32,000 bases of DNA from Synechococcus elongatus PCC 6301 (GCF_000010065.1 NC_006576.1:1680001-1712000), one strand, 5' to 3'. Positions 1-8,754 are shown, numbered from the stretch's first letter. Translations and numbers: made by a program. The notes: a model not told the origin generated them from the sequence alone.

Positions 1-268
1 GCTGGGTCTCGGCCACACCTTTGATCGCTAGATTGTTGGCTTCCGTCGCGCCGCTACAAAAAATGAGCTCTTCAGGTTGTGCCGCGATCGCCGTTGCCAG
101 AGTTTCTCGAGCGACTTGTACGGCGGCGGCGGCTTCGAGTCCATAGCGATGGCTGCGGCTAGCGGGATTGCCAAACTGCTCACCCCAAAACGGCTGCATG
201 GCTGTGACCACCCGCGAATCAACCGGTGTGGTGGCGTGGTAGTCCAAATAAATCGGATCTTTTGACAT
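1..268 (-). CDS. cysteine desulfurase (IscS/NifS-type, PLP-dependent), N-terminal part; gene runs off the left edge
   Basis: A reverse-strand ATG at 268-266 opens a frame with no stop to position 1. It reads [84 protein letters not shown], a typical class-V aminotransferase/IscS N-terminus. It is absent from the ORF track only because the window truncates it. Confidence 0.8.
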   Translation of the reverse strand, partial: MSKDPIYLDYHATTPVDSRVVTAMQPFWGEQFGNPASRSHRYGLEAAAAVQVARETLATAIAAQPEELIFCSGATEANNLAIKGVAETQ

Positions 269-431
269 CCGTTCTGCTCGGCCTCTAGCCCTGATCTCTA
301 GTCTGCAAGCTGGCTTTGCGATCGCGAATCTAAAGCCTCTGGTGTAGTTTTGGGCATGGCCCAAGCGTGCTAGCCAGGATAAAGGCGACTGACCTGCAAT
401 GGGTCAGCAGATCCCTGTGGTGACTCCGTCG

Positions 432-1148
432 ATGTCTGTCGTCACCTTACAAATTGATGATCAAGAGCTGGCTGCCAACGTAGGCCAAACGGTGCTGCAG
501 GTGGCTCGCGAGGCGAGCATTCCGATTCCGACCCTCTGCCATCTTCAAGGGGTGAGTGATGTAGGAGCCTGTCGTCTCTGCGTCGTGGAAGTGGCGGGAT
601 CGCCTAAGCTGCAACCGGCTTGTTTACTGACGGTCAGTGAAGGTTTGGTGGTGCAAACGCGATCGCCCCGCCTTGAGCGCTACCGCCGCCAGATTGTCGA
701 ACTCTTTTTTGCGGAAGGCAATCACGTTTGTGCGATCTGTGTGGCCAATGGCAATTGCGAACTGCAGGATGCCGCGATCGCCGTCGGCATGGATCACAGC
801 CGCTACCCTTACCGTTTCCCGAAACGGGACGTCGATCTATCGCACCGCTTCTTTGGGCTGGATCACAATCGCTGCATTCTCTGTACGCGCTGTGTGCGGG
901 TTTGTGACGAAATCGAAGGGGCGCATGTCTGGGATGTGGCGATGAGGGGCGAGCACTGTCGGATTGTTGCCGGCATGGATCAGCCTTGGGGCGCAGTCGA
1001 TGCCTGCACCAACTGCGGCAAATGTATCGATGCCTGCCCGACCGGAGCGCTGTTCCACAAGGGCGAAACTACGGGCGAAATTGAGCGCGATCGCGACAAG
1101 TTAGCGTTCTTGGCCGAAGCACGAGGACAGCGGCGATGGACAAGATAA
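432..1148 (+). CDS. hoxU: bidirectional [NiFe]-hydrogenase diaphorase subunit HoxU (2Fe-2S plus 4Fe-4S clusters, NuoG-N-terminal-like)
   Basis: The ORF is 399..1148. MSVVTLQIDDQEL is the usual 2Fe-2S ferredoxin-fold start. Cys clusters are CHLQGVSDVGACRLC, CAICVANGNCELQ, CILCTRCVRVC and CTNCGKCIDACP. I prefer the ATG at 432 (238 aa); the ATG at 399 is an alternative. The gene sits directly upstream of hoxY/hoxH. Confidence 0.9.
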   Translation: MSVVTLQIDDQELAANVGQTVLQVAREASIPIPTLCHLQGVSDVGACRLCVVEVAGSPKLQPACLLTVSEGLVVQTRSPRLERYRRQIVELFFAEGNHVCAICVANGNCELQDAAIAVGMDHSRYPYRFPKRDVDLSHRFFGLDHNRCILCTRCVRVCDEIEGAHVWDVAMRGEHCRIVAGMDQPWGAVDACTNCGKCIDACPTGALFHKGETTGEIERDRDKLAFLAEARGQRRWTR

Positions 1149-1690
1149 AGCTGGCAACCGTTTGGCTGGCGGGCTGTTCGGGTTGCCACATGTCCTTTTT
1201 AGATTTGGATGAATGGCTGATCGATTTGGCGGAGCGCGTCGAGGTCGTCTTCAGTCCTGTTGCTTGCGATCGCAAGGACTATCCCGAAGGCGTCGATCTC
1301 TGCCTGATTGAAGGAGCGGTTGCCAATCTCGATAATTTGGAGCTGCTCCACCAAGTCCGCGATCGCACCCGCATTTTGGTGTCCTTTGGCGACTGCGCGA
1401 TTCATGCCAATGTGCCAGGGATGCGCAATCTCTGGGGGGCTGAATCTGCCGCTGCTGTTCTGGAACGGGGCTATCTGGAGCTGGCCGATACGACGCCGCA
1501 ATTGCCGAATGAGCCCGGAATTGTGCCGCCGCTGCTCAATCGCGTTACACCGATTCACGAACTGGTGGCGATTGAGCATTATCTGCCGGGCTGTCCGCCG
1601 CCCGCCGATCGCATTCGCAGTCTGCTGCAAGCGCTGCTCGACCAGCAAACCCCGCCCCACTCCGGTCGGGACTTGCTGAAATTTGGTTGA
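1136..1690 (+). CDS. hoxY: bidirectional [NiFe]-hydrogenase small subunit HoxY
   Basis: The N-terminus KLATVWLAGCSGCHMSFLD, plus GDCA and LPGCPP, are typical of the NAD-reducing hydrogenase small (delta) subunit. It overlaps the hoxU 3' end by 13 nt. Confidence 0.9.
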   Translation: MDKIKLATVWLAGCSGCHMSFLDLDEWLIDLAERVEVVFSPVACDRKDYPEGVDLCLIEGAVANLDNLELLHQVRDRTRILVSFGDCAIHANVPGMRNLWGAESAAAVLERGYLELADTTPQLPNEPGIVPPLLNRVTPIHELVAIEHYLPGCPPPADRIRSLLQALLDQQTPPHSGRDLLKFG

Positions 1691-1699
1691 GGCTGGATT

Positions 1700-3130
1700 A
1701 TGACGCGCACGATTGTCATTGATCCAGTAACGCGGATTGAAGGCCACGCCAAGATCTCCGTGTTTTTGGATGATCAGGGCAATGCCGAGGCAGCGCGGTT
1801 TCACGTCGTTGAATATCGCGGCTTTGAAAAGTTCTGCGAGGGCCGCCCCTTTACCGAAATGGCGGGGATCACGGCGCGGATCTGCGGCATTTGTCCGGTC
1901 AGCCACCTACTGGCCGCCGCGAAAACCGGCGACAAAATTCTGGCGGTGCAGATCCCGCCAGCCGCGGAAAACCTGCGTCGATTGATCAATCTGGCCCAGA
2001 TCATCCAGTCCCACGCCCTCAGCTTTTTTCATCTCAGTAGCCCCGATTTTCTGCTGGGCTGGGATAGTGATCCGGCAAGGCGTAATCTCTTCGGCTTGAT
2101 TGCTGCTGATCCAGAAAGCGCTCGCGCCGGCATCCGACTCCGGCAGTTTGGACAGCAGCTGATCGAGTGGTTGGGGGGGCGCAAAATTCATGCAGCTTGG
2201 GCGGTACCGGGCGGGGTGCGGAGTCTTCTCAGTCAGGAAGGCATGGTTTGGATCCGCGATCGCCTACCCGCTGAGCTAGCGACAGTACGGGCCACGCTCG
2301 ATCGCTTCAAACGGCTGCTCGATCGCGAGTTCCGAGAAGAAACAGCCGTCTTTGGCGACTTCCCCAGCTTGTTCATGGGGCTGGTGGCCGATAACGGCGA
2401 CTGGGAGCACTACGGCGGTCATCTCCGCTTTGTTGATAGCCAAGGACGGATCATTGCCGATCGCCTCAGGGAGGATGACTATGCCAGCTTTTTGGGTGAA
2501 GCGGTCGAACCGTGGTCCTATCTCAAATTTCCCTACTACAAGCCGTGGGGCTACCCTGAGGGGATGTATCGGGTTGGGCCGCTGGCGCGTCTCAATGTCT
2601 GCGATCGCATCGGTACGGGCAGGGGCGGAAGCAGAGCGACAGGAACTGCGCGATCGCGTGGTGGCACAGTCACCAGCAGCTTCCTCTATCACTACGCTCG
2701 GCTAGTCGAAATTTTGGCGAGCCTCGAGAAGATTGCGGAGATGGTTGAAGACCCCAACCTGCAAACAGGATTCCTGCGATCGCAGGCTGGGGTCAATTGT
2801 CTGGAGGCGATTGGTGTCAGTGAGGCACCTCGTGGGACGTTATTCCACCACTACCGCGTCGATTCCCACGGCAAAATCGAGCGCGTCAACCTGATCATTG
2901 CCACGGGCCAAAACAATCTGGCGATGAATCGCACTGTTACCCAAATTGCCCAACACTACATTCGCCATGGGGAGGTGCAGGAGTCTTTTCTGAACCGAGT
3001 GGAGGCGGGTATTCGCTGCTTTGATCCCTGCCTTTCCTGCTCAACCCATACAGCCGGACAAATGCCCCTCAAAATCGAGATTTTTGACAGTCGGGGGGAA
3101 CTCTACCAATGCCTATGTCGTGATCTCTAA
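1700..3130 (+). CDS. hoxH: bidirectional [NiFe]-hydrogenase large subunit HoxH
   Basis: It has the N-terminal Ni-Fe ligand motif [10 protein letters not shown] and the C-terminal DPCLSCSTH, followed by a 26-aa extension that would be removed by Hox[12 protein letters not shown] is also present. An anomalous internal patch is described in the findings. Confidence 0.93.
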   Translation: MTRTIVIDPVTRIEGHAKISVFLDDQGNAEAARFHVVEYRGFEKFCEGRPFTEMAGITARICGICPVSHLLAAAKTGDKILAVQIPPAAENLRRLINLAQIIQSHALSFFHLSSPDFLLGWDSDPARRNLFGLIAADPESARAGIRLRQFGQQLIEWLGGRKIHAAWAVPGGVRSLLSQEGMVWIRDRLPAELATVRATLDRFKRLLDREFREETAVFGDFPSLFMGLVADNGDWEHYGGHLRFVDSQGRIIADRLREDDYASFLGEAVEPWSYLKFPYYKPWGYPEGMYRVGPLARLNVCDRIGTGRGGSRATGTARSRGGTVTSSFLYHYARLVEILASLEKIAEMVEDPNLQTGFLRSQAGVNCLEAIGVSEAPRGTLFHHYRVDSHGKIERVNLIIATGQNNLAMNRTVTQIAQHYIRHGEVQESFLNRVEAGIRCFDPCLSCSTHTAGQMPLKIEIFDSRGELYQCLCRDL

Positions 3131-3138
3131 TCCCAGCA

Positions 3139-3597
3139 ATGTGCCTTGTAATCGGCTATGGCAATGCACTGCGGAGTGATGATGGCGCCGGGATCGCTGT
3201 TGCTGAAGCGATCGCTCGCTGGCCCGGAACGACGTTTCGAGCGATCGCCTGTCATCAAGTCCTGCCGGAGCTAGCCGCAGAATTAGCCACGGTACCCACG
3301 GTCATTTTTGTCGATGCCTATCCCGCCGCCGATTGCACGGATGGTGGAGTGGAAATGCGGCGATTGTCTCCGGATATCGAAGCATCCATGCTCAGTCCTC
3401 ACGACCTAACGCCTGCAGCTTTACTGGGGTTGTGTGAGCGACTCTACGGCCATTGCCCCACGGCTTACTGGGTACTGATTCCAGGTCATGACTGGCATTT
3501 TTCAGAACAGCTGTCGCCGGCTACCCAGTCGGGGGTGCAGCAAGCCCTCTGGCTGATTCGCCATTGGAACGACCAAGAGGTGCTGTGCACGAATTAA
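3139..3597 (+). CDS. hoxW: hydrogenase maturation endopeptidase HoxW
   Basis: It has the GYGNALRSDDGAG motif and the size (152 aa) of HybD/HoxW-type C-terminal proteases. It lies immediately downstream of hoxH. Confidence 0.85.
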   Translation: MCLVIGYGNALRSDDGAGIAVAEAIARWPGTTFRAIACHQVLPELAAELATVPTVIFVDAYPAADCTDGGVEMRRLSPDIEASMLSPHDLTPAALLGLCERLYGHCPTAYWVLIPGHDWHFSEQLSPATQSGVQQALWLIRHWNDQEVLCTN

Positions 3598-3923
3598 GTC
3601 TGGCGACTGCCTTGGTAGAGACTGCGCTCTGGCAGGCAGTTCAAGCCGAGGCGCAGCAAATCGTCAGTCTGAAGCTGCGATTGGGAACTTGGGCAGGCGT
3701 GGATGCGGAGGCGCTGCGATTTGCCTTTTCCCTTGTGCAGCAAGACACGATCGCTGCCTCGGCGCAATTAGTGATTGAGTCAGTGCCTGCTCAATTTCGC
3801 TGTCAGACCTGTGGCCAGCAAACCCCACCGCCGCTGTTAGCTGCCTGTTCCCACTGTGGAAGCGATCGCTGGCAGTTGCAGCAGGGGCGAGAGTTGCAGT
3901 TGCAATCGATGGAGGTGGTTTAG
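3585..3923 (+). CDS. hypA: hydrogenase nickel-insertion protein HypA
   Basis: The ORF track frame is 3564..3923. HypA proteins start MHELS, so the GTG at 3585 (VHELSLA) is the likely start, overlapping the hoxW stop. Zn-site motifs CQTCG and CSHCGS are present. Confidence 0.85.
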   Translation: MHELSLATALVETALWQAVQAEAQQIVSLKLRLGTWAGVDAEALRFAFSLVQQDTIAASAQLVIESVPAQFRCQTCGQQTPPPLLAACSHCGSDRWQLQQGRELQLQSMEVV

Positions 3924-4652
3924 ATGTGTGGTGTTTGTGGCTGCCAAAGTCCCGATCCGGTCGTGATTGCTACGCCGGAGCCACGCCAGATTTCTTTGGC
4001 AGAAGCGATTTTGCATCGTAATGATCATGCGGCAGCGCATAATCGCGAGCATTTTCAGCGGGCTGGCGTGCTAGCGCTTAACCTATTGTCGTCGCCCGGT
4101 TCCGGCAAAACGGCGCTGCTAGAACGGACGTTGCGCGAGTTGCCGCCTACCCTGCGACCGGCTGCGATCGTGGGTGATCTGGCGACCGATCGCGATGCCC
4201 AGCGTCTGCAAGCAACGGGTGCGCCGGCGATTCAGATTGAAACGGGCGAACTCTGCCATCTGGAAGCGGATCTCGTTCATCGTGCCTGCCATCAGCTCGA
4301 CCTGAGCGCGATCGATATTCTCTTCATCGAAAATGTTGGCAATTTGGTTTGTCCTGCTGCGTTTGACCTTGGGGAAGAGCGGCGGGTGTTGCTGCTGTCG
4401 GTGACGGAGGGCGAGGATAAGCCGCTCAAGTATCCCAGTGCCTTTAGTCGTGCTGATCTGGTGCTGATTACTAAAGTCGATTTAGCCGAGGCAGTGGAGT
4501 TTGATCAGGCGGCGGCGATCGCCAATCTGCGGGCAGTCAATCCCACGGCGACGATTCTGCCGGTCAGCAGTCGGGGCGGACAGGGTTGGAGCGACTGGCT
4601 GGATTGGTTGCAGGTGCAGCGATCTCATCTTCTAGCGCCGGTCAAAGCTTAA
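3924..4652 (+). CDS. hypB: hydrogenase nickel-incorporation GTPase HypB
   Basis: It has the N-terminal MCGVCGC metal site, the P-loop GSPGSGKTALL, ENVGNLVCP, and the NKxD-position motif reading TKVD. The ATG directly abuts the hypA stop. Confidence 0.9.
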   Translation: MCGVCGCQSPDPVVIATPEPRQISLAEAILHRNDHAAAHNREHFQRAGVLALNLLSSPGSGKTALLERTLRELPPTLRPAAIVGDLATDRDAQRLQATGAPAIQIETGELCHLEADLVHRACHQLDLSAIDILFIENVGNLVCPAAFDLGEERRVLLLSVTEGEDKPLKYPSAFSRADLVLITKVDLAEAVEFDQAAAIANLRAVNPTATILPVSSRGGQGWSDWLDWLQVQRSHLLAPVKA

Positions 4653-4723
4653 ATTGCAGGGGCGATCGCGCTCCAAAACTCGATGGGTCGTCACACTGAA
4701 GCCACTGTCCGATTGCTCTCGGT

Positions 4724-7036
4724 ATGACAGGAGTCCTCACGGCAAAACAGGAGCGCTGGCGGCTGCGCGTCCAAGGCGTGGTGCAGGGCATCGGCTTCCG
4801 ACCTTTTGTCTGGCGTTTGGCTCGCGAACTGGGACTGACCGGCTGGGTGAACAATGATGCGGCTGGCGCTCAGATTGAAGTGGAAGGAGCGATCGCCCAA
4901 CTCCAGCAGTTTCAGCAGCGCTTGCTGGTTGAACTCCCTGCGGCAGGTCGCTGTGATCGCCTGCAACAAGAACGGCTGACTCTTCAAGGCGATCGCGAGT
5001 TTGTGATTGCAACTTCAATGGCTTCGGAGCAGAGCACCGCGCAACTACCGCCCGATCGCGCTCCTTGCTCTGCCTGTCTGCGAGAACTGTGGGATCTGCG
5101 CGATCGCCGCTATCGCTATCCCTTTCTGAATTGCACCGTCTGCGGCCCGCGCGCCAGCATTGTTCGGCAACTTCCCTACGATCGCAATCGCACCACGCTG
5201 GCGACGTTTCCGCTCTGCCCCGACTGTCAGCGGGAGTATCAAGATCCGAGCGATCGCCGGTTTCATGCCCAGCCGATCGCCTGCCCCACCTGTGGCCCAC
5301 AACTGCAACTTTGGGATGCTCAAGGTCAAGTTTTAGCCGATCGCGATCGCTCTTTGACTGAGGCGATCGCCGCACTTCAACAAGGCAAAATTCTGGCATT
5401 GAAAGGACTGGGCGGCTTTCAACTGCTGGTAGATGCCTGCCAGACTGACGCGGTGCAACGACTGCGCGATCGCAAAAGCCGACCTCATAAACCGCTAGCG
5501 TTACTCCTGCCGGATCTGGAGGCGGTGCGACAGCTTTGCCAAATCTCTGCCGCTGAAGCAGAACTCTTGCAGTCGCCTGCTGCACCGATCGTGTTGCTGC
5601 GGGCGATCGCTTCGGAACCTTGGCTGGCGGCGATCGCACCAGACTGCTGTGAACTCGGCCTGATGCTACCGGCGACACCGCTCCATCATTTGCTCAGTCG
5701 TGATTTTGGTCAGCCGTTGGTCGCCACCAGTGGCAACCGTAGCGGCGATCCGCTCTGCTGGGATGAAGTAGATGCGCTGGAGAGCTTGAGTGCAATCGCC
5801 GATCTTTGGCTCGTCCACGATCGTCCGATCGCCCTACCAATGGATGATTCCGTCACGCGGATTATTGATGGACAGATTCAAGTTCTGCGCCGAGCAAGGG
5901 GCTACGTTCCGACGCCGATCGCGATCGCAACGCCCGCTGAACCCCTCCTCATTCTGGGTAGTTGGCAGAAGAACACGCCCGCGATCGCGGCTGATGGACA
6001 ACTGCAACTCGCGCCCTATGTTGGTGACCTCGAAAGTCTTGCCGCCCGCGATCGCCGCCAACAAGTAATTGAGCATCTACAAACTGTGATGGGATTGCAG
6101 CCAACCGCTTGGGTTGCCGATGCTCATCCGGATGCGCCTTTGCTGGCGCCAACCGAAACGCGATCGGGCTGGCATGTTCAGCATCACTTGGCGCATGTGT
6201 TGGCCGTAGCAGCCGAACATCAACTGCAACCACCTTTTCTCGGGCTGGCTTGGGATGGCAGTGGCTGGGGACTCGATCAAACCGTTTGGGGCAGTGAAGC
6301 CTTGATTTGCCAGACGGAGGGCTGGCAACGCTGGAGGCATCTCCAGCTGTGGCCACTGTTGGGGGGCGATCGCGCTGCAAAAGAACCGCGCCGGTCTGCT
6401 CTGGCCCTGCTCTGGCAGCTCGAAGGCGATCGCTGCTGGGATTTGCCGGAGTTACAAACGGTGTTCAGCCCGACGGAGCGATCGCTGTTACAGGCGTGGT
6501 TAAGTCGCGATCGCGGCCTGAAAACCTCCAGCATGGGGCGATTATTTGAGGCGATCGCTTGGATCTGTCGTTGGCAGGGTGATCAAACCTACGAAGGGCA
6601 GGTGGCGACTTGGCTAGAAAATCAGTGCGATCCTCAGATTGTCGGCGATTATCCGCTGTCCCTGACTGAAACAGGTATTGACTGGCGATCGCTTCTGCAA
6701 GCGGTTTGGTGCGATCGCCAAGCAGATCTATCCACGGCGATCCTCGCAACTCGTTTTCATCGCAGCCTGATTCAGTTGGTTGTGGCACTTGCCCAGCAAG
6801 CAGGGCTAGAGCCAGTGATTTTGAGTGGTGGTTGCTTCCAGAATCGTTTCTTATTGGAAGGCGCGATCGCGGCTTTGCGATCGGCGGGCTTCCAGCCCTA
6901 TTGGGCACAGCAACTACCGCCCAATGATGGTGGCATTGCAGCTGGACAGGTCTTAGCCGTTCATTGGTATGGAGGATCCAAGCATGTGCTTAGCGGTTCC
7001 GGGACAACTGCTCAGTATTCACACGCAGCCGGATGA
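4724..7036 (+). CDS. hypF: carbamoyltransferase HypF (CN-ligand biosynthesis)
   Basis: It has an acylphosphatase-like N-terminus (VQGVVQGIGFRPFV). It has two Zn-finger pairs (CSACLRE..CTVCGPR and CPDCQRE..CPTCGP), a YrdC-like segment (LKGLGGFQL, SGN) and a Kae1-like C-terminal half. Length is 770 aa. Confidence 0.92.
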   Translation: MTGVLTAKQERWRLRVQGVVQGIGFRPFVWRLARELGLTGWVNNDAAGAQIEVEGAIAQLQQFQQRLLVELPAAGRCDRLQQERLTLQGDREFVIATSMASEQSTAQLPPDRAPCSACLRELWDLRDRRYRYPFLNCTVCGPRASIVRQLPYDRNRTTLATFPLCPDCQREYQDPSDRRFHAQPIACPTCGPQLQLWDAQGQVLADRDRSLTEAIAALQQGKILALKGLGGFQLLVDACQTDAVQRLRDRKSRPHKPLALLLPDLEAVRQLCQISAAEAELLQSPAAPIVLLRAIASEPWLAAIAPDCCELGLMLPATPLHHLLSRDFGQPLVATSGNRSGDPLCWDEVDALESLSAIADLWLVHDRPIALPMDDSVTRIIDGQIQVLRRARGYVPTPIAIATPAEPLLILGSWQKNTPAIAADGQLQLAPYVGDLESLAARDRRQQVIEHLQTVMGLQPTAWVADAHPDAPLLAPTETRSGWHVQHHLAHVLAVAAEHQLQPPFLGLAWDGSGWGLDQTVWGSEALICQTEGWQRWRHLQLWPLLGGDRAAKEPRRSALALLWQLEGDRCWDLPELQTVFSPTERSLLQAWLSRDRGLKTSSMGRLFEAIAWICRWQGDQTYEGQVATWLENQCDPQIVGDYPLSLTETGIDWRSLLQAVWCDRQADLSTAILATRFHRSLIQLVVALAQQAGLEPVILSGGCFQNRFLLEGAIAALRSAGFQPYWAQQLPPNDGGIAAGQVLAVHWYGGSKHVLSGSGTTAQYSHAAG

Positions 7037-7229
7037 TCCGGACGGTCTGTTTCGTAGTGGACGTGTCAGCTTTGGCGGTGCCATTCGTGCAGTCAGCCTT
7101 GCCTGTGTGCCTGAGGCGCGAGTGGGCGACTACGTGATTGTCCATGCGGGCTTGGCTCTCACGGTTCTGGATGCGGAAGAAGCAGAGCGAACCTTGGTGA
7201 TAACGGCCGCGATCGCGGCTGAGAATTAG
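6984..7229 (+). CDS. hypC: hydrogenase assembly chaperone HypC
   Basis: The ORF is 6969..7229. HypC requires an N-terminal Met-Cys (MCLAVPGQL), so the ATG at 6984 is the likely start. It overlaps the hypF 3' end by about 53 nt. Confidence 0.85.
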   Translation: MCLAVPGQLLSIHTQPDDPDGLFRSGRVSFGGAIRAVSLACVPEARVGDYVIVHAGLALTVLDAEEAERTLVITAAIAAEN

Positions 7230-8299
7230 CCGACTCGCCGTTGTAGCCATTGCCCAAACAGCGGCAGCGCTAAGCGATACCCTGACTCAGGACCATAGAT
7301 CAGGCCCTTCTGCATCAAGCTGTTCAAGGCACCTTGCAAACCACCACCCCGAGAGAGTTGGTGTTTTTGGATGTAGTGACCGGCCTGGGGACTAGAGGTT
7401 GGGTCGATCGCCAAACTCTCCAGGAGTCGCACCTGACTCGTGGGTAGCAGCAGCAATAGCGACTCGAAGGTCAGCGCCAGATCTTCCAAGAGTGAAGCGA
7501 TCGCCACCTCCACCTGCGATCGCTCGATAGTCGGGCTGGGTTGCAGCAGCCAGAGTCGCCGCGCTAGGGTTTCTGTCTCTCCCGGATGGCCTTGGGTTGC
7601 TGCCCAAAATGCTTGAATGGCGTCTGGACTAAAGCTGCGACCCCAATCGGCAAATTGCTGATTGAGCCACTGCTCGACAGTCGCTTGACTGAGGGGATGG
7701 AGCGTAATAATTTCCAGTCCACTGGCGATCGCCCAAGGTTCAGCCGCCGTGGCAATCAAGGCATAGCAAACCTGTGTCTGCCGAGCAATTTCGCTGCGGA
7801 GCTGCGTCTCCCAATGCCCCTTCCGGTCCCAAGTCTGGAGATGGCTAAAGTTGCGGAACATCACCACCACGCGCTGCTCAAAGCGCTCAGCCAAGAGTTG
7901 CGGTAACGCCAAAATGGCATGACTAAGCTGCCGTTCGCGGCTACTAGCCCCCAGTTCAAATTTGAATGTGGTGGCGCTCTCTTGAATACCCACCCGATGC
8001 TCAGCGGCCCACTCCCGTAGCTGGTCGCGCTCTGGTGGAGCCGTAAAGGCAGTGGCGATCGCATCAAGATAGAGGGCTAGGAAGCGAGGATTATTGGTTG
8101 CTCGTAGGCAATCGACTTCGAGGCAATAACCGCCCAGTACCTGGGTCACTGCTCGTACGAGGGCAGTACGACCACTGCGGGGCACACCGGCAATCAGACA
8201 ATCACCATCCTGTTCCAGACAGTGCTGAAGCCGCTCAGCTTCCGTTGCTCGGCCAAGGGGTAGCCCCTGCTCAAACAGGGCAAATTTGGGAATAGACAT
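7226..8299 (-). CDS. AAA-like (Arch_ATPase/DUF234-type) P-loop protein with degenerate Walker motifs
   Basis: This 357-aa ORF has a P-loop-like GVPRSGRTALV (Arg in place of the Walker A Lys). The Walker-B position reads VVVMFRNF (no D/E), and the C-terminus is winged-helix-like. Its stop overlaps the hypC stop (TTAG at 7226-7229). Confidence 0.6.
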   Translation of the reverse strand: MSIPKFALFEQGLPLGRATEAERLQHCLEQDGDCLIAGVPRSGRTALVRAVTQVLGGYCLEVDCLRATNNPRFLALYLDAIATAFTAPPERDQLREWAAEHRVGIQESATTFKFELGASSRERQLSHAILALPQLLAERFEQRVVVMFRNFSHLQTWDRKGHWETQLRSEIARQTQVCYALIATAAEPWAIASGLEIITLHPLSQATVEQWLNQQFADWGRSFSPDAIQAFWAATQGHPGETETLARRLWLLQPSPTIERSQVEVAIASLLEDLALTFESLLLLLPTSQVRLLESLAIDPTSSPQAGHYIQKHQLSRGGGLQGALNSLMQKGLIYGPESGYRLALPLFGQWLQRRVG

Positions 8300-8427
8300 G
8301 CTCTCCAGCCTAAAAGATGCCTGCTGCTTGGGAACTAGAAGGCTCGTTTAAGGACCGCAGAAATGAGCAGCGATCGCTCAGCTGGGGATGCCTCAGCTAG
8401 GACACACTACGCCTGTGAAATCCTGCT

Positions 8428-8682
8428 ATGACCGCTTCTGGAGAGCGCATCAGCCGCTTTGAAGCCGAGATCGCTGCTTCCTTGCAGCGCATCGACCAGC
8501 TCCGCGAAGACTACCAACGCGACCAAGCTAGAGCGCAAGAGCAGTTTGAGTCGTATCAGAAGGCTGCACAGGCGCGCTTTGATCTTTACCAGCAGACGAC
8601 GCAATCCTTGGTCAATCTAGCCTTTGGTTTGATTGTCTCCGCCACGATCGCAGTCGTTGTTTCGGTCATCTTCAAGTCCTAG
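8428..8682 (+). CDS. hypothetical small coiled-coil protein with C-terminal transmembrane anchor
   Basis: This 84-aa ORF has a Q/E/R-rich heptad region (RIDQLREDYQRDQARAQEQFESYQKAAQ) followed by the hydrophobic LVNLAFGLIVSATIAVVVSVIF. No family was recognised. Confidence 0.45.
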   Translation: MTASGERISRFEAEIAASLQRIDQLREDYQRDQARAQEQFESYQKAAQARFDLYQQTTQSLVNLAFGLIVSATIAVVVSVIFKS

Positions 8683-8690
8683 CGATCGCC

Positions 8691-8728
8691 CAACACAAAA
8701 CCGATCGCGGCAGGCACCAACGATCGGT
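8691..8728 (-). terminator. putative intrinsic terminator downstream of leuD
   Basis: On the minus strand, ACCGATCG-13 nt loop-CGATCGGT forms an 8-bp stem and is followed by TTTGTGTT. The loop is long, so confidence is modest. Confidence 0.35.
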
Positions 8729-8754
8729 CTAACCTCGAGCAACAAGGTCAAATG

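Noticed and set aside
1199-1906. A 235-aa minus-strand ORF antisense to hoxY and the hoxH 5' end.
   Set aside because: It is Arg/Ala/Gln-rich with no recognisable motif. It lies entirely opposite two genes with strong signatures, so it is a typical shadow ORF of GC-rich coding DNA.
4737-5678. A 313-aa minus-strand ORF inside hypF, plus several shorter ORFs across 5045-6908.
   Set aside because: They are antisense or off-frame to an unambiguous hypF. Their composition is low-complexity (Arg/Ser/Pro/Ala), driven by HIP1 repeats read in other frames.
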